Origin: Synechococcales cyanobacterium VAR_4_metabat_354
Lineage (GTDB): Bacteria; Cyanobacteriota; Cyanobacteriia; Cyanobacteriales; Chamaesiphonaceae
Assembly (NCBI GenBank): GCA_031414775.1
Contig: JANOQI010000062.1
Location: 224,001-288,000, forward strand
Length of the DNA stretch: 64,000 nucleotides
Direction: 5' to 3'
The translations under genes and the position numbers were made by a program. Shown one piece after another: positions 25,379 to 35,430 of this stretch; the first letter of the stretch is position 1; each line of letters begins with the position of its first letter. The notes beneath the pieces were generated by a model. The model was not told where the DNA came from. It saw only the letters and a program-made list of their open reading frames with translations, and did no database searches.

Positions 25379-26848
25379 ATGACTACCGCTACTGCACAAT
25401 TTCGCTTTTGGATCGATTTGAGCCTAGAGTGTATTCGCCGTGACCATACACCGGCGCTCAGTTCTCCCATGGGCGACCAGAGAGGTCCTTTTCTCACTGC
25501 CCGTGCTTTGGGAATGGCTTTGGCCGCTCTGAATGATGCTAACGCCCTGGCATCAGGTCGATCACCCTTGTTGAACTTAACAGCGACACCTGGATTGGCC
25601 AGCCTGACGGGTGATCGTATCAATGTTGCGAGCGGTGCCGCTTGTGCCCAAGTCCTCAGGCTGCGATATCCTGCCCAGGCCAGTCTATTAGAACCAGCTT
25701 GGACTTATTGGCTGCAGTCGAATGGCTATGGGCCAGCCGATAGCCCCGCCGAATTAGCTGGACGGGCTTTGGGCACTGGGATCGACAATTTGGGTGCTGC
25801 TGATGTCCGGAATAGAGCAAGTAACTATAATCCTTCCGGATTGCCTTACAGTCATACCGCGCCGCCCAACCAGCCAGGGCAAGGTTATGCTGGAGAAAAC
25901 TGGGGTTCTTCAACACCTTTGTTGGCTAAACGGGTGGCAGATTTCCCACCACCACCGGGACGTAAATCCGCGACAAAAGTCAATCCAACGCAGCACTTCC
26001 GGGATGATTTTGCTAAAGTTCAAGCAATGGGTAGCATCGATTCTAGTACTCGCACACCAGCGCAAGAATTTGTAGGCATTGCCTGGGGGTATGACGGCCC
26101 ACCAAAGCTGGGAACACCACCAAGACTTTATATGCAGGTTGTCTTGAGCGTACTAGACGCAATTCGAGCTAAAACGCCCGATCAGCTAACTATTGCAGAC
26201 GAGTTAGCAATCATTGCTGGGGTCGGTATTGCCATGGCAGATGCCGCCATCGATGCTTGGCACTACAAGTATGCGGCAACGCACATGATGTGGCGTCCGG
26301 CAGTGGGTATCCCCAAGGCAGTATCCGGAAACGGCACCGCCGACCCCAATTTTCTCCCATTGGGACGCCCCGATACTAACGGGCGAAATCTGGCTCTAAC
26401 GCCAGACTTTCCGGCCTATCCCTCAGGACATGCTACCTTTGGTGGTGCTGCTTTTCAGCTGTTGCGACTCTTTTTGAAAGAAAAAGGCGTTGCCACGTTT
26501 GATGCAAATGGGGTTGATGACGTATGCATTGATTTTGTATCAGATGAGTACAACGGTGTGAACACAGATCCCCGAACACTGGAGCCGCGTTCCCTCACGC
26601 CGGTAGTTTTATCTAGTTTGTGGGAAGCGATTACCGATAATTCGGTAAGCCGCGTATATTTGGGTGTGCACTGGCAGTTCGATGGCATTACGAATGGCGC
26701 TACGGGCACAAATGAATTCGGCATTCCAGCAACACCTAGTGAGTTGGGTAAAACTGGTGGCGTTTGGCTAGGTGCACAGATTGCCAATCAAATCGCACCG
26801 AAGCTTGGTGTTTCACCAGAGACCATTGCCGATTCCAAGATATCGTAA
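25379..26848 (+). CDS. Vanadium-dependent haloperoxidase (chloroperoxidase-like)
   Basis: WHYKY...WRP, PDFPAYPSGHATFG and SRVYLGVHWQFD vanadate-site motifs. Confidence 0.88.
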   Translation: MTTATAQFRFWIDLSLECIRRDHTPALSSPMGDQRGPFLTARALGMALAALNDANALASGRSPLLNLTATPGLASLTGDRINVASGAACAQVLRLRYPAQASLLEPAWTYWLQSNGYGPADSPAELAGRALGTGIDNLGAADVRNRASNYNPSGLPYSHTAPPNQPGQGYAGENWGSSTPLLAKRVADFPPPPGRKSATKVNPTQHFRDDFAKVQAMGSIDSSTRTPAQEFVGIAWGYDGPPKLGTPPRLYMQVVLSVLDAIRAKTPDQLTIADELAIIAGVGIAMADAAIDAWHYKYAATHMMWRPAVGIPKAVSGNGTADPNFLPLGRPDTNGRNLALTPDFPAYPSGHATFGGAAFQLLRLFLKEKGVATFDANGVDDVCIDFVSDEYNGVNTDPRTLEPRSLTPVVLSSLWEAITDNSVSRVYLGVHWQFDGITNGATGTNEFGIPATPSELGKTGGVWLGAQIANQIAPKLGVSPETIADSKIS

Positions 26849-26968
26849 GTAGATGGGGGTAATTAAATATAAGACCCAGGCAAGTTGATTCAAGGTATGA
26901 AACTCAATGTCTGCCAGGGTTGTGCGATAGAATATTCTATTTTACATTTAAATCAGCCCACCTACTTA
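26846..26968. mobile_element. ~123-bp MITE with imperfect ~28-bp terminal inverted repeats (TA ends, IS630-like)
   Basis: Left end TAAGTAGATGGGGGTAATTAAATATAAG versus reverse complement of right end TAAGTAGGTGGGCTGATTTAAATGTAAA. Confidence 0.7.
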
Positions 26969-26977
26969 AGGAAAAGC

Positions 26978-27010
26978 GCCTTGGTGGTTCAAAAATCAAC
27001 CACCAAGGTT
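26978..27010 (+). terminator. Hairpin terminator downstream of haloperoxidase
   Basis: CCTTGGTGGTT-loop-AACCACCAAGG followed by TTT. Confidence 0.65.
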
Positions 27011-27092
27011 TAGTCAGAAATACGCCTGTGATTTTAGAGATTTAAGACGATCGTGTAGCGGTAACAGGGTTAACCGGCACGGCCTATATGGC

Positions 27093-27171
27093 ATGTTACA
27101 AAAGTTTGTAAAATACTAGGATTACACCTCACTTTTTCTCACTGACAATACAATAGAGTCAGATGTAGTTT
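27093..27171 (+). promoter_or_regulatory. Putative promoter with shared ACTTTTTCTYACTGACA motif (copy 2)
   Basis: ACTTTTTCTCACTGACA at 27131-27147; ATGTTACAAAA 38 bp upstream; CTGACA-N18-TAGTTT. Confidence 0.6.
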
Positions 27172-27555
27172 ATAGTCATCAGTCTATATTTATACAGTCT
27201 ACGAATATCCTGAATGTTAATGATTACATCGATTTTAGGGATGGGTAGGCGTTGACTCGCAATCATCCACCTCGCTGCTGATATTACAAAAAATCAATTG
27301 CTACAGAAATAGCAAAGTTTTTCGATTCTAATGATGGAAGCTGTTGAAACTATCTAGCCTGTAGACATGACCAACAGGTCGCAGCTTTTGGAGTTACTGC
27401 CAGGATGAATGGCTGAAGGTGAGGAAATAGTTGGTGGTTCGATCGCCAAGAAAGTTATTGCAGCTTTTAACCAAAATCAATTTTAGATACCTAAATAAAA
27501 TACGCTCTAATTCCATCATCAAAGTGATATCGATATAAAAGTTAAGAGGTTTAAA

Positions 27556-29469
27556 ATGAAAAGTATGAGAGCATCGGTAGTTTTTTTTGATATTGGAGAT
27601 ACTTTAGGAACTGCTAAGATTTCACATTTTGACTTCCATTTAGAACGAATAGACATCTATTCATACGTCCCAAATATTCTTCAGCAGTTAAAAGCTAACG
27701 GCATCAAGATGGGCATCATCTCTAATACTGGGCATGAAACAATTGATAGTATGAAAAGAGTCCTCGAAGATGCTGGAATTTATCGCTTTTTCGATCCCAA
27801 TTTACTCATTTATAGCTCGGTAGTAGGAGTTAGTAAACCTTCACCAGAAATTTTTCGATTAGCTGCCCAAACAGTAGGTCATGGGATAGAACCCCAGCAT
27901 TGCCTATTTGTCGGAGAAGATAGTAAAGAGCGCAAAGTAGCACGGAATGTTGGTTTACAAGTTTTGCCACATCCGAGTTTGGTGTTGGAGATATTAAAAG
28001 GTAGTCGGTTGAGATATATTCGGATCGCTGTTACCACAACACAAAACGATAGTGCATGGCGATCGGCGATTCGAGGCTTATCAGTCGTGCCCTTGTATAT
28101 GACGGGCGAGAATGGTGATCGAATTTATGCGATCGCCACAACTACAGCTATTACTCAGCTTGACGATCTGGGGTTTCAGGTCGATCGATTGGGCAGTGAA
28201 GGCGATCCGCTGACAACAGATGTTTATCTGCTGCGGGACGATCGGCAAACTAGTACGGGTTTTCTCAATCCCCAAGGGCAATCTCAGAGCTTTTTCGTTG
28301 AGGAGGAAGAGTCAAAATGGGTGTTAGCTTCTTCGACGGAGGGAATTTTTATTGCTTTACCTGGAGATCGATCGATAGAAGAATATCATTTTGAAGAAGC
28401 ATATCATGGACACAATCTTAAGCTTTTACCCGATCCGAGTTTACTCGAACCCTTTGGTGAAGGGAATAATGCTAAAACCGCAGGTTTTGTCCAGACAATA
28501 TTAGTCGAGCCATCATTAAATGATACTGAAATAGAGAAATTTAAAACCATTACCCCCGATTTAATTCGTGCATATCTAGAAAGATATACCGGAGTAAAAC
28601 TGCTGAATGAGTCTGCCGGAAAAATTAAGAGCCGCCATATTCAGAGTTCCGAAATTGGCTTAGTTACCGCTGCTTTAGTCCAAGATCTCGAACAAATCGG
28701 TGGTGGTAATTTCATGATCGATCTAAATCGATTCATGCATGAAGGACGCGAATTGGACAATGTAGCAGCAGAGTTACAAGGGAGTCAATCGGCAGAAATA
28801 GTCTTAGTCACTGCCCACCTAGACTCCACTGCGGCTTTTAGCGACCATCTTTACAATGCGGCCAGCGATCCCGCACCTGGAGCTGATGATGATGCTAGTG
28901 GCGTGGCGGCTGTGTTAGTGATCGCCAGTGTTATCCAACAATTAGCCGTAGTTCAACCACCCAAACGCACAATCCGATTTGTATTATTTAACGCCGAAGA
29001 ACACGGCTTAGTCGGCAGTCAGGCTTATGCCAGGACTCAAGCGGCGGTTGCGGCACCGATCGTCGGCGTGTATCAGATGGATATGGTGGGCTACAACGTC
29101 AATCCACCCCGTTCCTTTGAAGTTCATGTGGGTTATCAGGCTTCCGCCAATGTCCAAAAGCGATCACTCGTGCTCGCCAAACGGCTGAAGCGATTAGTTT
29201 CCGTCTTATCGCCTAACTTACAATCTCCGCAAATTTATACTCAGCCAGATCCAGCTGAAGGAAGGAGCGATCATGCCAGTTTTCACCAACGCGGCTATGC
29301 CGCTTGTGTCACCTCGGAAGACTTCTTTGCGGGGCCGTTGCCCACCTCGCCCACCGCAGAGCCTAATCCCAACTATCACAAAGATCAGGATACTTTTGTA
29401 GATTTTGACTATGCGGCGGACATTGCCCGTTTGGTAGGCGCAGCCGCCTGGTTGACAGCTAATTTATAA
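27556..29469 (+). CDS. Fusion of N-terminal HAD-like hydrolase and C-terminal M28 zinc aminopeptidase
   Basis: DIGDT, SNT, KP and VGED (HAD); AHLDS, GADDDASG, NAEEHGL, DMVG, RSDHASF and YH (M28). Confidence 0.85.
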   Translation: MKSMRASVVFFDIGDTLGTAKISHFDFHLERIDIYSYVPNILQQLKANGIKMGIISNTGHETIDSMKRVLEDAGIYRFFDPNLLIYSSVVGVSKPSPEIFRLAAQTVGHGIEPQHCLFVGEDSKERKVARNVGLQVLPHPSLVLEILKGSRLRYIRIAVTTTQNDSAWRSAIRGLSVVPLYMTGENGDRIYAIATTTAITQLDDLGFQVDRLGSEGDPLTTDVYLLRDDRQTSTGFLNPQGQSQSFFVEEEESKWVLASSTEGIFIALPGDRSIEEYHFEEAYHGHNLKLLPDPSLLEPFGEGNNAKTAGFVQTILVEPSLNDTEIEKFKTITPDLIRAYLERYTGVKLLNESAGKIKSRHIQSSEIGLVTAALVQDLEQIGGGNFMIDLNRFMHEGRELDNVAAELQGSQSAEIVLVTAHLDSTAAFSDHLYNAASDPAPGADDDASGVAAVLVIASVIQQLAVVQPPKRTIRFVLFNAEEHGLVGSQAYARTQAAVAAPIVGVYQMDMVGYNVNPPRSFEVHVGYQASANVQKRSLVLAKRLKRLVSVLSPNLQSPQIYTQPDPAEGRSDHASFHQRGYAACVTSEDFFAGPLPTSPTAEPNPNYHKDQDTFVDFDYAADIARLVGAAAWLTANL

Positions 29470-29498
29470 ACAATCTTCAATTATCAGGAGAATTAAAA

Positions 29499-30578
29499 AT
29501 GATTTTTTGTAACAATCCATCTTGCCACAATCCTCTCCATTGCTTTTTGCCACCGTATATCACCACTCGTCTAGCAGAGTCTGAAGATCCAGAAATTCGT
29601 CGCTTAGGTACTGAGGCTCTTGCTAATGACGCAGCCGCGCGGGCGGTTCGATCGACGTTTGCAGGGATGCCGATGATGGCAGCGATACCCTCTCCATCAG
29701 GCACTAAGAATCGTCTCATCTACGACATGAAAAACAAAGCACCTTTTCCGATTCTTCGTCCGGGAAAGCTAGTTCGTGCTGAAGGCGCACCGCCAGTTGG
29801 GGGTGATGAAGCTGTCAATGAAGCATACGATCATGCCGGAATTACTTACGATTTTTACAAAGATATTTTCGGTCGTAATTCTTTGAACGATCGTGGTATG
29901 TCACTGATTTCTAGTGTTCATTATGGTCGCCGTTATAACAACGCCTTTTGGGATGGAAAACAAATGGCATATGGAGATGGTGACGGACAACTTTTTATCA
30001 GATTTACTAAGGCTTTAGATGTAGTTGCTCACGAGCTAACCCATGGCGTAGTTTCATTCACCAGTAACTTAGACTATGAGGACGAGTCTGGAGCATTAAA
30101 CGAGCATTTTGCCGATGCATTTGGGGCGATGGTTAAGCAATGGCATCTCCAACAAGATGTGAATGCAGCTAACTGGTTAAATGGTGACACCATTATGGGT
30201 TCAGGTACTACCGCCAAATGTATTCGCACCTTTAAAAAAGGAAAAGCCTACGAAAACGATCCCTTACTAGGTACCGATCCGCAGCCCAAACACATCCACG
30301 ATAAATACACTGGCGCTGATGATAATGGCGGCGTACATATTAACTCTGGCATTCCCAACCATGCTTTCTACCAAGTGGCGATGAAAATCGGCGGTAATTC
30401 TTGGGAGAAGACTGGCAAAATCTGGTATCAAACTCTCAAAAATCTCAATTCCCAAAGCCAGTTCCGAGAAGCAGCCAGTATGACTTATATGGTCGCAGGT
30501 TCGCTATTTGGGGCTGGGAGTTCAGAACAGCAAGCCGTCAAAGATGGCTGGGGTGCTGTAGGAATTACTATTTCGTAG
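29499..30578 (+). CDS. Protealysin-like M4 (thermolysin family) metalloprotease
   Basis: Short propeptide with LPPY, NNAFWDG, HELTH, GALNE and DNGGVHINSG; no signal peptide. Confidence 0.93.
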   Translation: MIFCNNPSCHNPLHCFLPPYITTRLAESEDPEIRRLGTEALANDAAARAVRSTFAGMPMMAAIPSPSGTKNRLIYDMKNKAPFPILRPGKLVRAEGAPPVGGDEAVNEAYDHAGITYDFYKDIFGRNSLNDRGMSLISSVHYGRRYNNAFWDGKQMAYGDGDGQLFIRFTKALDVVAHELTHGVVSFTSNLDYEDESGALNEHFADAFGAMVKQWHLQQDVNAANWLNGDTIMGSGTTAKCIRTFKKGKAYENDPLLGTDPQPKHIHDKYTGADDNGGVHINSGIPNHAFYQVAMKIGGNSWEKTGKIWYQTLKNLNSQSQFREAASMTYMVAGSLFGAGSSEQQAVKDGWGAVGITIS

Positions 30579-30710
30579 GTTGGGTTGAAAAATGTTGCCA
30601 TGGCATCGCCTGTGGCGACACAGAGCGAAGCAATTCAATATCCCCAGTGTTAAAGAATCCGTCACCAAAGTTAGTTTGGTGACGGCATACCATCCAGAGG
30701 AAAAATCATC

Positions 30711-31934
30711 ATGGCAACCGACAAAAGTAAAAAGCAACTTTCCGATAAAGGAAAAGTTCGATTAGTAGCAGAAGCAATGGTTCAACTGCCCCCAGCAGTC
30801 GATCCGCCGATCTTAGGTTCCCGCACGCGGATTTGGAAACAAGACCCCTCGGTTAAAGAACTTGCCGTACCCAGAGATGTCTACATCCACGCTCCAGTCA
30901 AAGAAGGCCCCAGTGACTCCCAAATTGTCATCAGAGGTTTATCACCAGTACCTCCAGACTTGAATCAAGATTTTCTGATCGATCCGGCTAGCGATGAAAA
31001 AGCTTTCGATGCGGTACATACTTACACCATCGTTCGCCAAGTGCTAACAATGTACCAGCGAGTTTTAGATCGTAAAATTCAGTGGCAATGGAATACAGCT
31101 ACTAATCAAGAGCCAATATCAGTTCATCCCCAGGCAGGCAGAGCTGCCAATGCATACTATAGTCGTGATGAAAAAGTTTTAAAGTTCTTCTTTTTTAAAC
31201 CTCGTAGTCAGCCAGTTGGCAGTCCTGATGTGTTTACCTGTCGCTCTCTAGACATAGTTGCTCACGAGACAGGGCACGCTATCTTAGATGCCCTAAAACC
31301 AAACTGGATTTTGAATAATACGCCAGCTCAAACAGGTGGATTGCATGAGTCTTTTGGGGATATAACTTCGATTTTCACGATCTTATCTCAACTAGATTTA
31401 GTCGAATATATCATCACAGAAACCAAAGCCGATTTACATCGTCGCAATATCCTTGCCGTACTAGCAGAGCAATTTGGAAATGCGTTTGGGATGCCAGAAG
31501 GTTTACGCAATGCTGATAATGACTTAAAACTCAGTCAGGTTAGTGACGAAGTTCATGATATTTCGCAGGTATTTACTGGGGCTGTTTATGATATTCTGGC
31601 CGATATATTTACAGCTAATCGCAATCCTCGCGAACGGGATGATGCAGTTACTTTATATGAAACTGGTCAATATATGGCTGGTTTGATCATTCGATCGATC
31701 GAAAAAGCTCCAGCTAATAATGCTATTTATGCAGATGTTGCCAAAGCAGCAATCGAGATTGCCACAGCTGATGGACATCCCAATTATGCCATTTTCATTG
31801 AAAAGCATTTTACCTTGCGAGAAGTATTAGGTCCACAAGCCTTTGCGGAACATCCAAATTTGTCTCATCTGGGTATATATCCTAGTCGGCATGGCTGTTG
31901 TGGCACTATGCAGCATCCAGAATATCAATCTTAA
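30711..31934 (+). CDS. Gluzincin zinc metalloprotease (M4/M36-like)
   Basis: NAYY, DIVAHETGHAILD, GGLHESFGD and EVH motifs. Confidence 0.82.
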   Translation: MATDKSKKQLSDKGKVRLVAEAMVQLPPAVDPPILGSRTRIWKQDPSVKELAVPRDVYIHAPVKEGPSDSQIVIRGLSPVPPDLNQDFLIDPASDEKAFDAVHTYTIVRQVLTMYQRVLDRKIQWQWNTATNQEPISVHPQAGRAANAYYSRDEKVLKFFFFKPRSQPVGSPDVFTCRSLDIVAHETGHAILDALKPNWILNNTPAQTGGLHESFGDITSIFTILSQLDLVEYIITETKADLHRRNILAVLAEQFGNAFGMPEGLRNADNDLKLSQVSDEVHDISQVFTGAVYDILADIFTANRNPRERDDAVTLYETGQYMAGLIIRSIEKAPANNAIYADVAKAAIEIATADGHPNYAIFIEKHFTLREVLGPQAFAEHPNLSHLGIYPSRHGCCGTMQHPEYQS

Positions 31935-32207
31935 TAGTTTCATTAAACTTCACCAGCAATAGTCGTGTTACCAGTAAAAACGATTGTTTTGACCTTTGCC
32001 ATAGTTAGTGTGACTTTATTGACACAATTATTCCCTATGCTTAATCAATCTAGTTTAGGGAATATTTTTTCTTTCTCCCCAATATATAGGACAAATTTAA
32101 TTCAAGAAACTGAGAATGTGACATTTAATCGATCAAATGAAAATTTAGAATATTTGTCTCGTCTATCATTAAAGCAAAAATCGCCAATTAATAAAGTGAA
32201 AAAGCAT

Positions 32208-32504
32208 ATGAAAATCAAGTTTCGTCAATCGGGAGGATATGCCGGGTTGCGGATGGGTTGCGATCTGGATACTAACTCATTAAGCATTGCTGAATCTACT
32301 CAATTAGAATCTTTAGTGGAAACTAGTGGTATTTTGCGAGCGAATAGCAGTCGTTCTAAAAATGCAGCAGATTTGATTAGTTACGAGATTACGATCGAGA
32401 CTAACGAGGGAATTCATCAGGTACAGCTTGATGATTCAACGTTACCTGAAAGTGTTTTTCCTTTGCTGGATTATCTGCAAAATCAAGCGAAGCCGCTGCA
32501 ATAA
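32208..32504 (+). CDS. Emfourin-like (protealysin inhibitor) protein
   Basis: MKIKFRQSGGYAG...AADLISYEITIE, 98 aa, downstream of protealysin-like gene; the ORF is open upstream to a GTG at 31965. Confidence 0.82.
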   Translation: MKIKFRQSGGYAGLRMGCDLDTNSLSIAESTQLESLVETSGILRANSSRSKNAADLISYEITIETNEGIHQVQLDDSTLPESVFPLLDYLQNQAKPLQ

Positions 32505-32572
32505 ATATGCTGATTGCCTATCGTTAAGGGTTCACGCTTTCTCTTAGAGATATGGCGGTAGCTAAATCCGTG

Positions 32573-32692
32573 GGGAGCATCTCAACCTTTTCGGTAGAAA
32601 AATCGAGACCCTGAAACAGGCACTGTCACTGGAGACAAATTTCCCGAATTCATTGGCTTTTAATTTTCTCTAGAAAAAGATGACGTGCTCCC
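32573..32692. mobile_element. 120-bp MITE with imperfect terminal inverted repeats and 8-bp target-site duplication
   Basis: Ends GGGAGCATCTCAACCTTTTC / GAAAAAGATGACGTGCTCCC; AATCCGTG duplicated at 32565-32572 and 32693-32700. Confidence 0.88.
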
Positions 32693-32900
32693 AATCCGTG
32701 CCTAATGGTATCGTTGAGGCATTTATTATTCTATTCCCTGCAAGGGTAACGAAAGCCCCTGATATGTATGTCAATTTAATAGAATAGCTGATCATCGATC
32801 TGTGTTGCCATCCCAAGTCTGTAAAAGGATGACACTGATTTTAGATCGTTGATTTTGTGCTGTTTTTGCTGCTTTATAAGGTCGATCGACCCCAGACATC

Positions 32901-33038
32901 GAACCATTATGGAAAAAAGAACCAGTTATCACTCTCAGCAGTTCAGTAAAACTCGTCGCAGAAGTAGTCAGTACCAATTGGCAAAATGACTACGCTCGTA
33001 AAGTCGAAGAATACGAAGCATTGGTTATTCCAGAATAG
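32901..33038 (+). pseudogene. Uma2-family endonuclease fragment
   Basis: Manual translation EPLWKKEPVITLSSSVKLVAEVVSTNWQNDYARKVEEYEALVIPE*; stop falls where the family IPEYW Tyr is expected; no start or N-terminus. Confidence 0.75.
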
Positions 33039-33232
33039 CGATAATTGGGGATGGATCGATCATGTCCAAAGGACTGCTCAATTTCATCTGACAAAGCCAG
33101 CGACGTAAAAAATTATCGATCGTAACCACTCAACAATATGAATTAGATGAAGTGTTCCCGAAAAACTAGCATCTACCCTATGCCAAAGGCTAGAATCATT
33201 GTGTAGTTACAGTCTCAACCAACTGAATATTT

Positions 33233-33481
33233 ATGAATGTCTATAAAGTTGATACGATCGTAATGGCAGATGGTTCCATTATCCTGAAGGGACTACCTGT
33301 GAGTGTTGGTAAGTTGGTAGAAGTTATCGTTTTAGACAGTACATCCGATCGGACAGTCGATGACGATTCAGCCAGCTTGATGATTGACGAGCGCTGGAAA
33401 TCTTTACAAGGCTCAGTCACCCGCTACGACGATCCATTTGAACCAGCTATTCCCCCATCAAACTGGGACGTGCTGCAATGA
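33233..33481 (+). CDS. Putative antitoxin
   Basis: 82 aa, LQGSVTRYDDPFEP motif, ATGA overlap with the PIN toxin gene. Confidence 0.7.
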   Translation: MNVYKVDTIVMADGSIILKGLPVSVGKLVEVIVLDSTSDRTVDDDSASLMIDERWKSLQGSVTRYDDPFEPAIPPSNWDVLQ

Positions 33482-33864
33482 TTTTGCTGGATACCCACAT
33501 TGTAATTTGGTGGATCGATAACAATTCTAGATTATCTCAACGCCATCGACAAATTATTCGAGAGCAACAAAATGATGGATTGGGTATTAGCATTTACTCT
33601 TGTTGGGAAATAGCCAAGTTGGTAGAGTACGGAAAATTAGAATTGAAATTTTCGATTGACGACTGGCTAGAAATTGCTTTATCTCATCCGAACTTGCGAT
33701 TGTTTGATCTAACCATCCCAATTGTTATCAGATCAACAAAATTAACCGGCTTTCACAAAGATCCAGCAGATCAAATTATTGTAGCAACTTCCATAATTTC
33801 AGAAATTCCTTTGTTAACACCAGATGATAAAATCATTGCCTATCCTGATGTCATCACCCTGTAG
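33478..33864 (+). CDS. vapC: VapC family PIN-domain toxin
   Basis: ILLDTH, SCWEIAKL, HKDPADQIIVAT and LLTPD motifs. Confidence 0.9.
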   Translation: MILLDTHIVIWWIDNNSRLSQRHRQIIREQQNDGLGISIYSCWEIAKLVEYGKLELKFSIDDWLEIALSHPNLRLFDLTIPIVIRSTKLTGFHKDPADQIIVATSIISEIPLLTPDDKIIAYPDVITL

Positions 33865-33969
33865 TTAGCAAGATCGTCCTCCAATGCAGCGCCGACCAAA
33901 TATTTGCAGCTGGCTGCTAAAGCGCAGAACAAGCGATAATCGAGGATGGTTCTTTGGAGTACTAGAAAT

Positions 33970-35388
33970 ATGAGTCAGCCCCAAGCTTGGAGTAAACGGT
34001 TCGATGGCACCCTCCATCCCGCCATCGTCGAATTCAACGCCAGTATTGGCTTTGATATCCAGCTGATTGAATACGACCTGGATGGTTCGATCGCCCACGC
34101 CCAAATGCTAGCCCATACTGGCATCATCACCAACGACGAAGCCCACCAACTCACTACTGGCCTAGAACAAATCCGTCAAGAACATCGCCAGGGTCAACTG
34201 CCGATCAGCATTGACCTCGAAGACGTACATTTTGCCGTCGAAAAAAGACTGATTGTGATCGTCGGCGATGTCGGCAAAAAACTCCATACCGCCCGCTCCC
34301 GCAACGACCAAGTCGGCACCGATACCCGCCTTTATCTCCGTGCCCAGATTGACACCATTCGGCAACAGCTCCGCGATTGGCAAAAAACCTTGTTGAAACT
34401 CGCCGAGAGTAACGTCGAAACCTTAATTCCGGGCTATACCCATCTACAACGGGCACAGCCAATTAGTCTGGCACATCATTTGTTGGCTTATTTTGAAATG
34501 GCACAACGAGACTGGGAGCGGCTCGGCGATGTCCGCAAGCGAGTCAATATTTCGCCTTTGGGCTGTGGAGCCTTAGCCGGTACCACCTTGAAGATCGATC
34601 GATCTTTCACTGCCGAAAAATTAGGTTTTGCCAGTATTTACGCCAATAGCTTGGACGGAGTGAGCGATCGAGATTTTGCGATCGAGTTTCTAGCCGCTGC
34701 TAGTCTAATCATGGTGCATCTCAGTCGGCTAGCCGAGGAAGTGATTTTTTGGGCAACCCAAGAAGCCGGATTTATTAAATTAACCGATCGCTGTGCCACC
34801 GGTTCCAGCATTATGCCCCAAAAGAAAAACCCGGATGTGGCGGAGCTAGTACGAGGCAAAACTGGGCGGGTATTTGGCAACTTGCAAGCGATGCTGACGA
34901 TTATGAAGGGCTTGCCCTTGGCCTACAACAAAGATTTACAAGAAGACAAAGAAGGACTGTTTGACACGGTGAAAACCGTGCAGGTTTGTTTGACGGCCAT
35001 GATCGTGCTGTTCCAAGAGGGGCTAGAATTTCAGCCGGAGCGGTTAGAGCAAGCCGTGAATGAGGATTTCTCTAACGCCACCGATGTAGCCGATTATTTG
35101 GTGACCAAGAATGTACCCTTTCGAGAAGCCTACAACATGGTTGGGCCAGTGGTGAAGACTTGTTTGCAAGCTAATAAACTGCTCAAGGATTTAACCTTGG
35201 CCGAATGGCAGGTAATCCACCCAGCATTTGAGATGGATATTTATCAGGCGATCGAACCCCGGCAAGTGGTAGCCGCCCGAAATAGTTATGGGGGGACGGG
35301 GTTTGAACAGGTAAGAGCCATGATCGACAGGTCGCAGCAATTGCTAGCTGTACCGAATGAATCGACTACCAACATAACGGATATCTAA
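33970..35388 (+). CDS. argH: Argininosuccinate lyase
   Basis: [37 protein letters not shown] and YNKDLQEDK motifs. Confidence 0.97.
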   Translation: MSQPQAWSKRFDGTLHPAIVEFNASIGFDIQLIEYDLDGSIAHAQMLAHTGIITNDEAHQLTTGLEQIRQEHRQGQLPISIDLEDVHFAVEKRLIVIVGDVGKKLHTARSRNDQVGTDTRLYLRAQIDTIRQQLRDWQKTLLKLAESNVETLIPGYTHLQRAQPISLAHHLLAYFEMAQRDWERLGDVRKRVNISPLGCGALAGTTLKIDRSFTAEKLGFASIYANSLDGVSDRDFAIEFLAAASLIMVHLSRLAEEVIFWATQEAGFIKLTDRCATGSSIMPQKKNPDVAELVRGKTGRVFGNLQAMLTIMKGLPLAYNKDLQEDKEGLFDTVKTVQVCLTAMIVLFQEGLEFQPERLEQAVNEDFSNATDVADYLVTKNVPFREAYNMVGPVVKTCLQANKLLKDLTLAEWQVIHPAFEMDIYQAIEPRQVVAARNSYGGTGFEQVRAMIDRSQQLLAVPNESTTNITDI

Positions 35389-35430
35389 ATCTAAGACCCA
35401 AAGTACAAGATTGGTGACTAAATCTCGCAG

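Noticed and set aside
31965..32207. Signal-peptide-like N-terminal extension of the emfourin ORF
   Set aside because: GTG start, AT-rich, and family similarity starts only at ATG 32208; cannot be supported without homologue data
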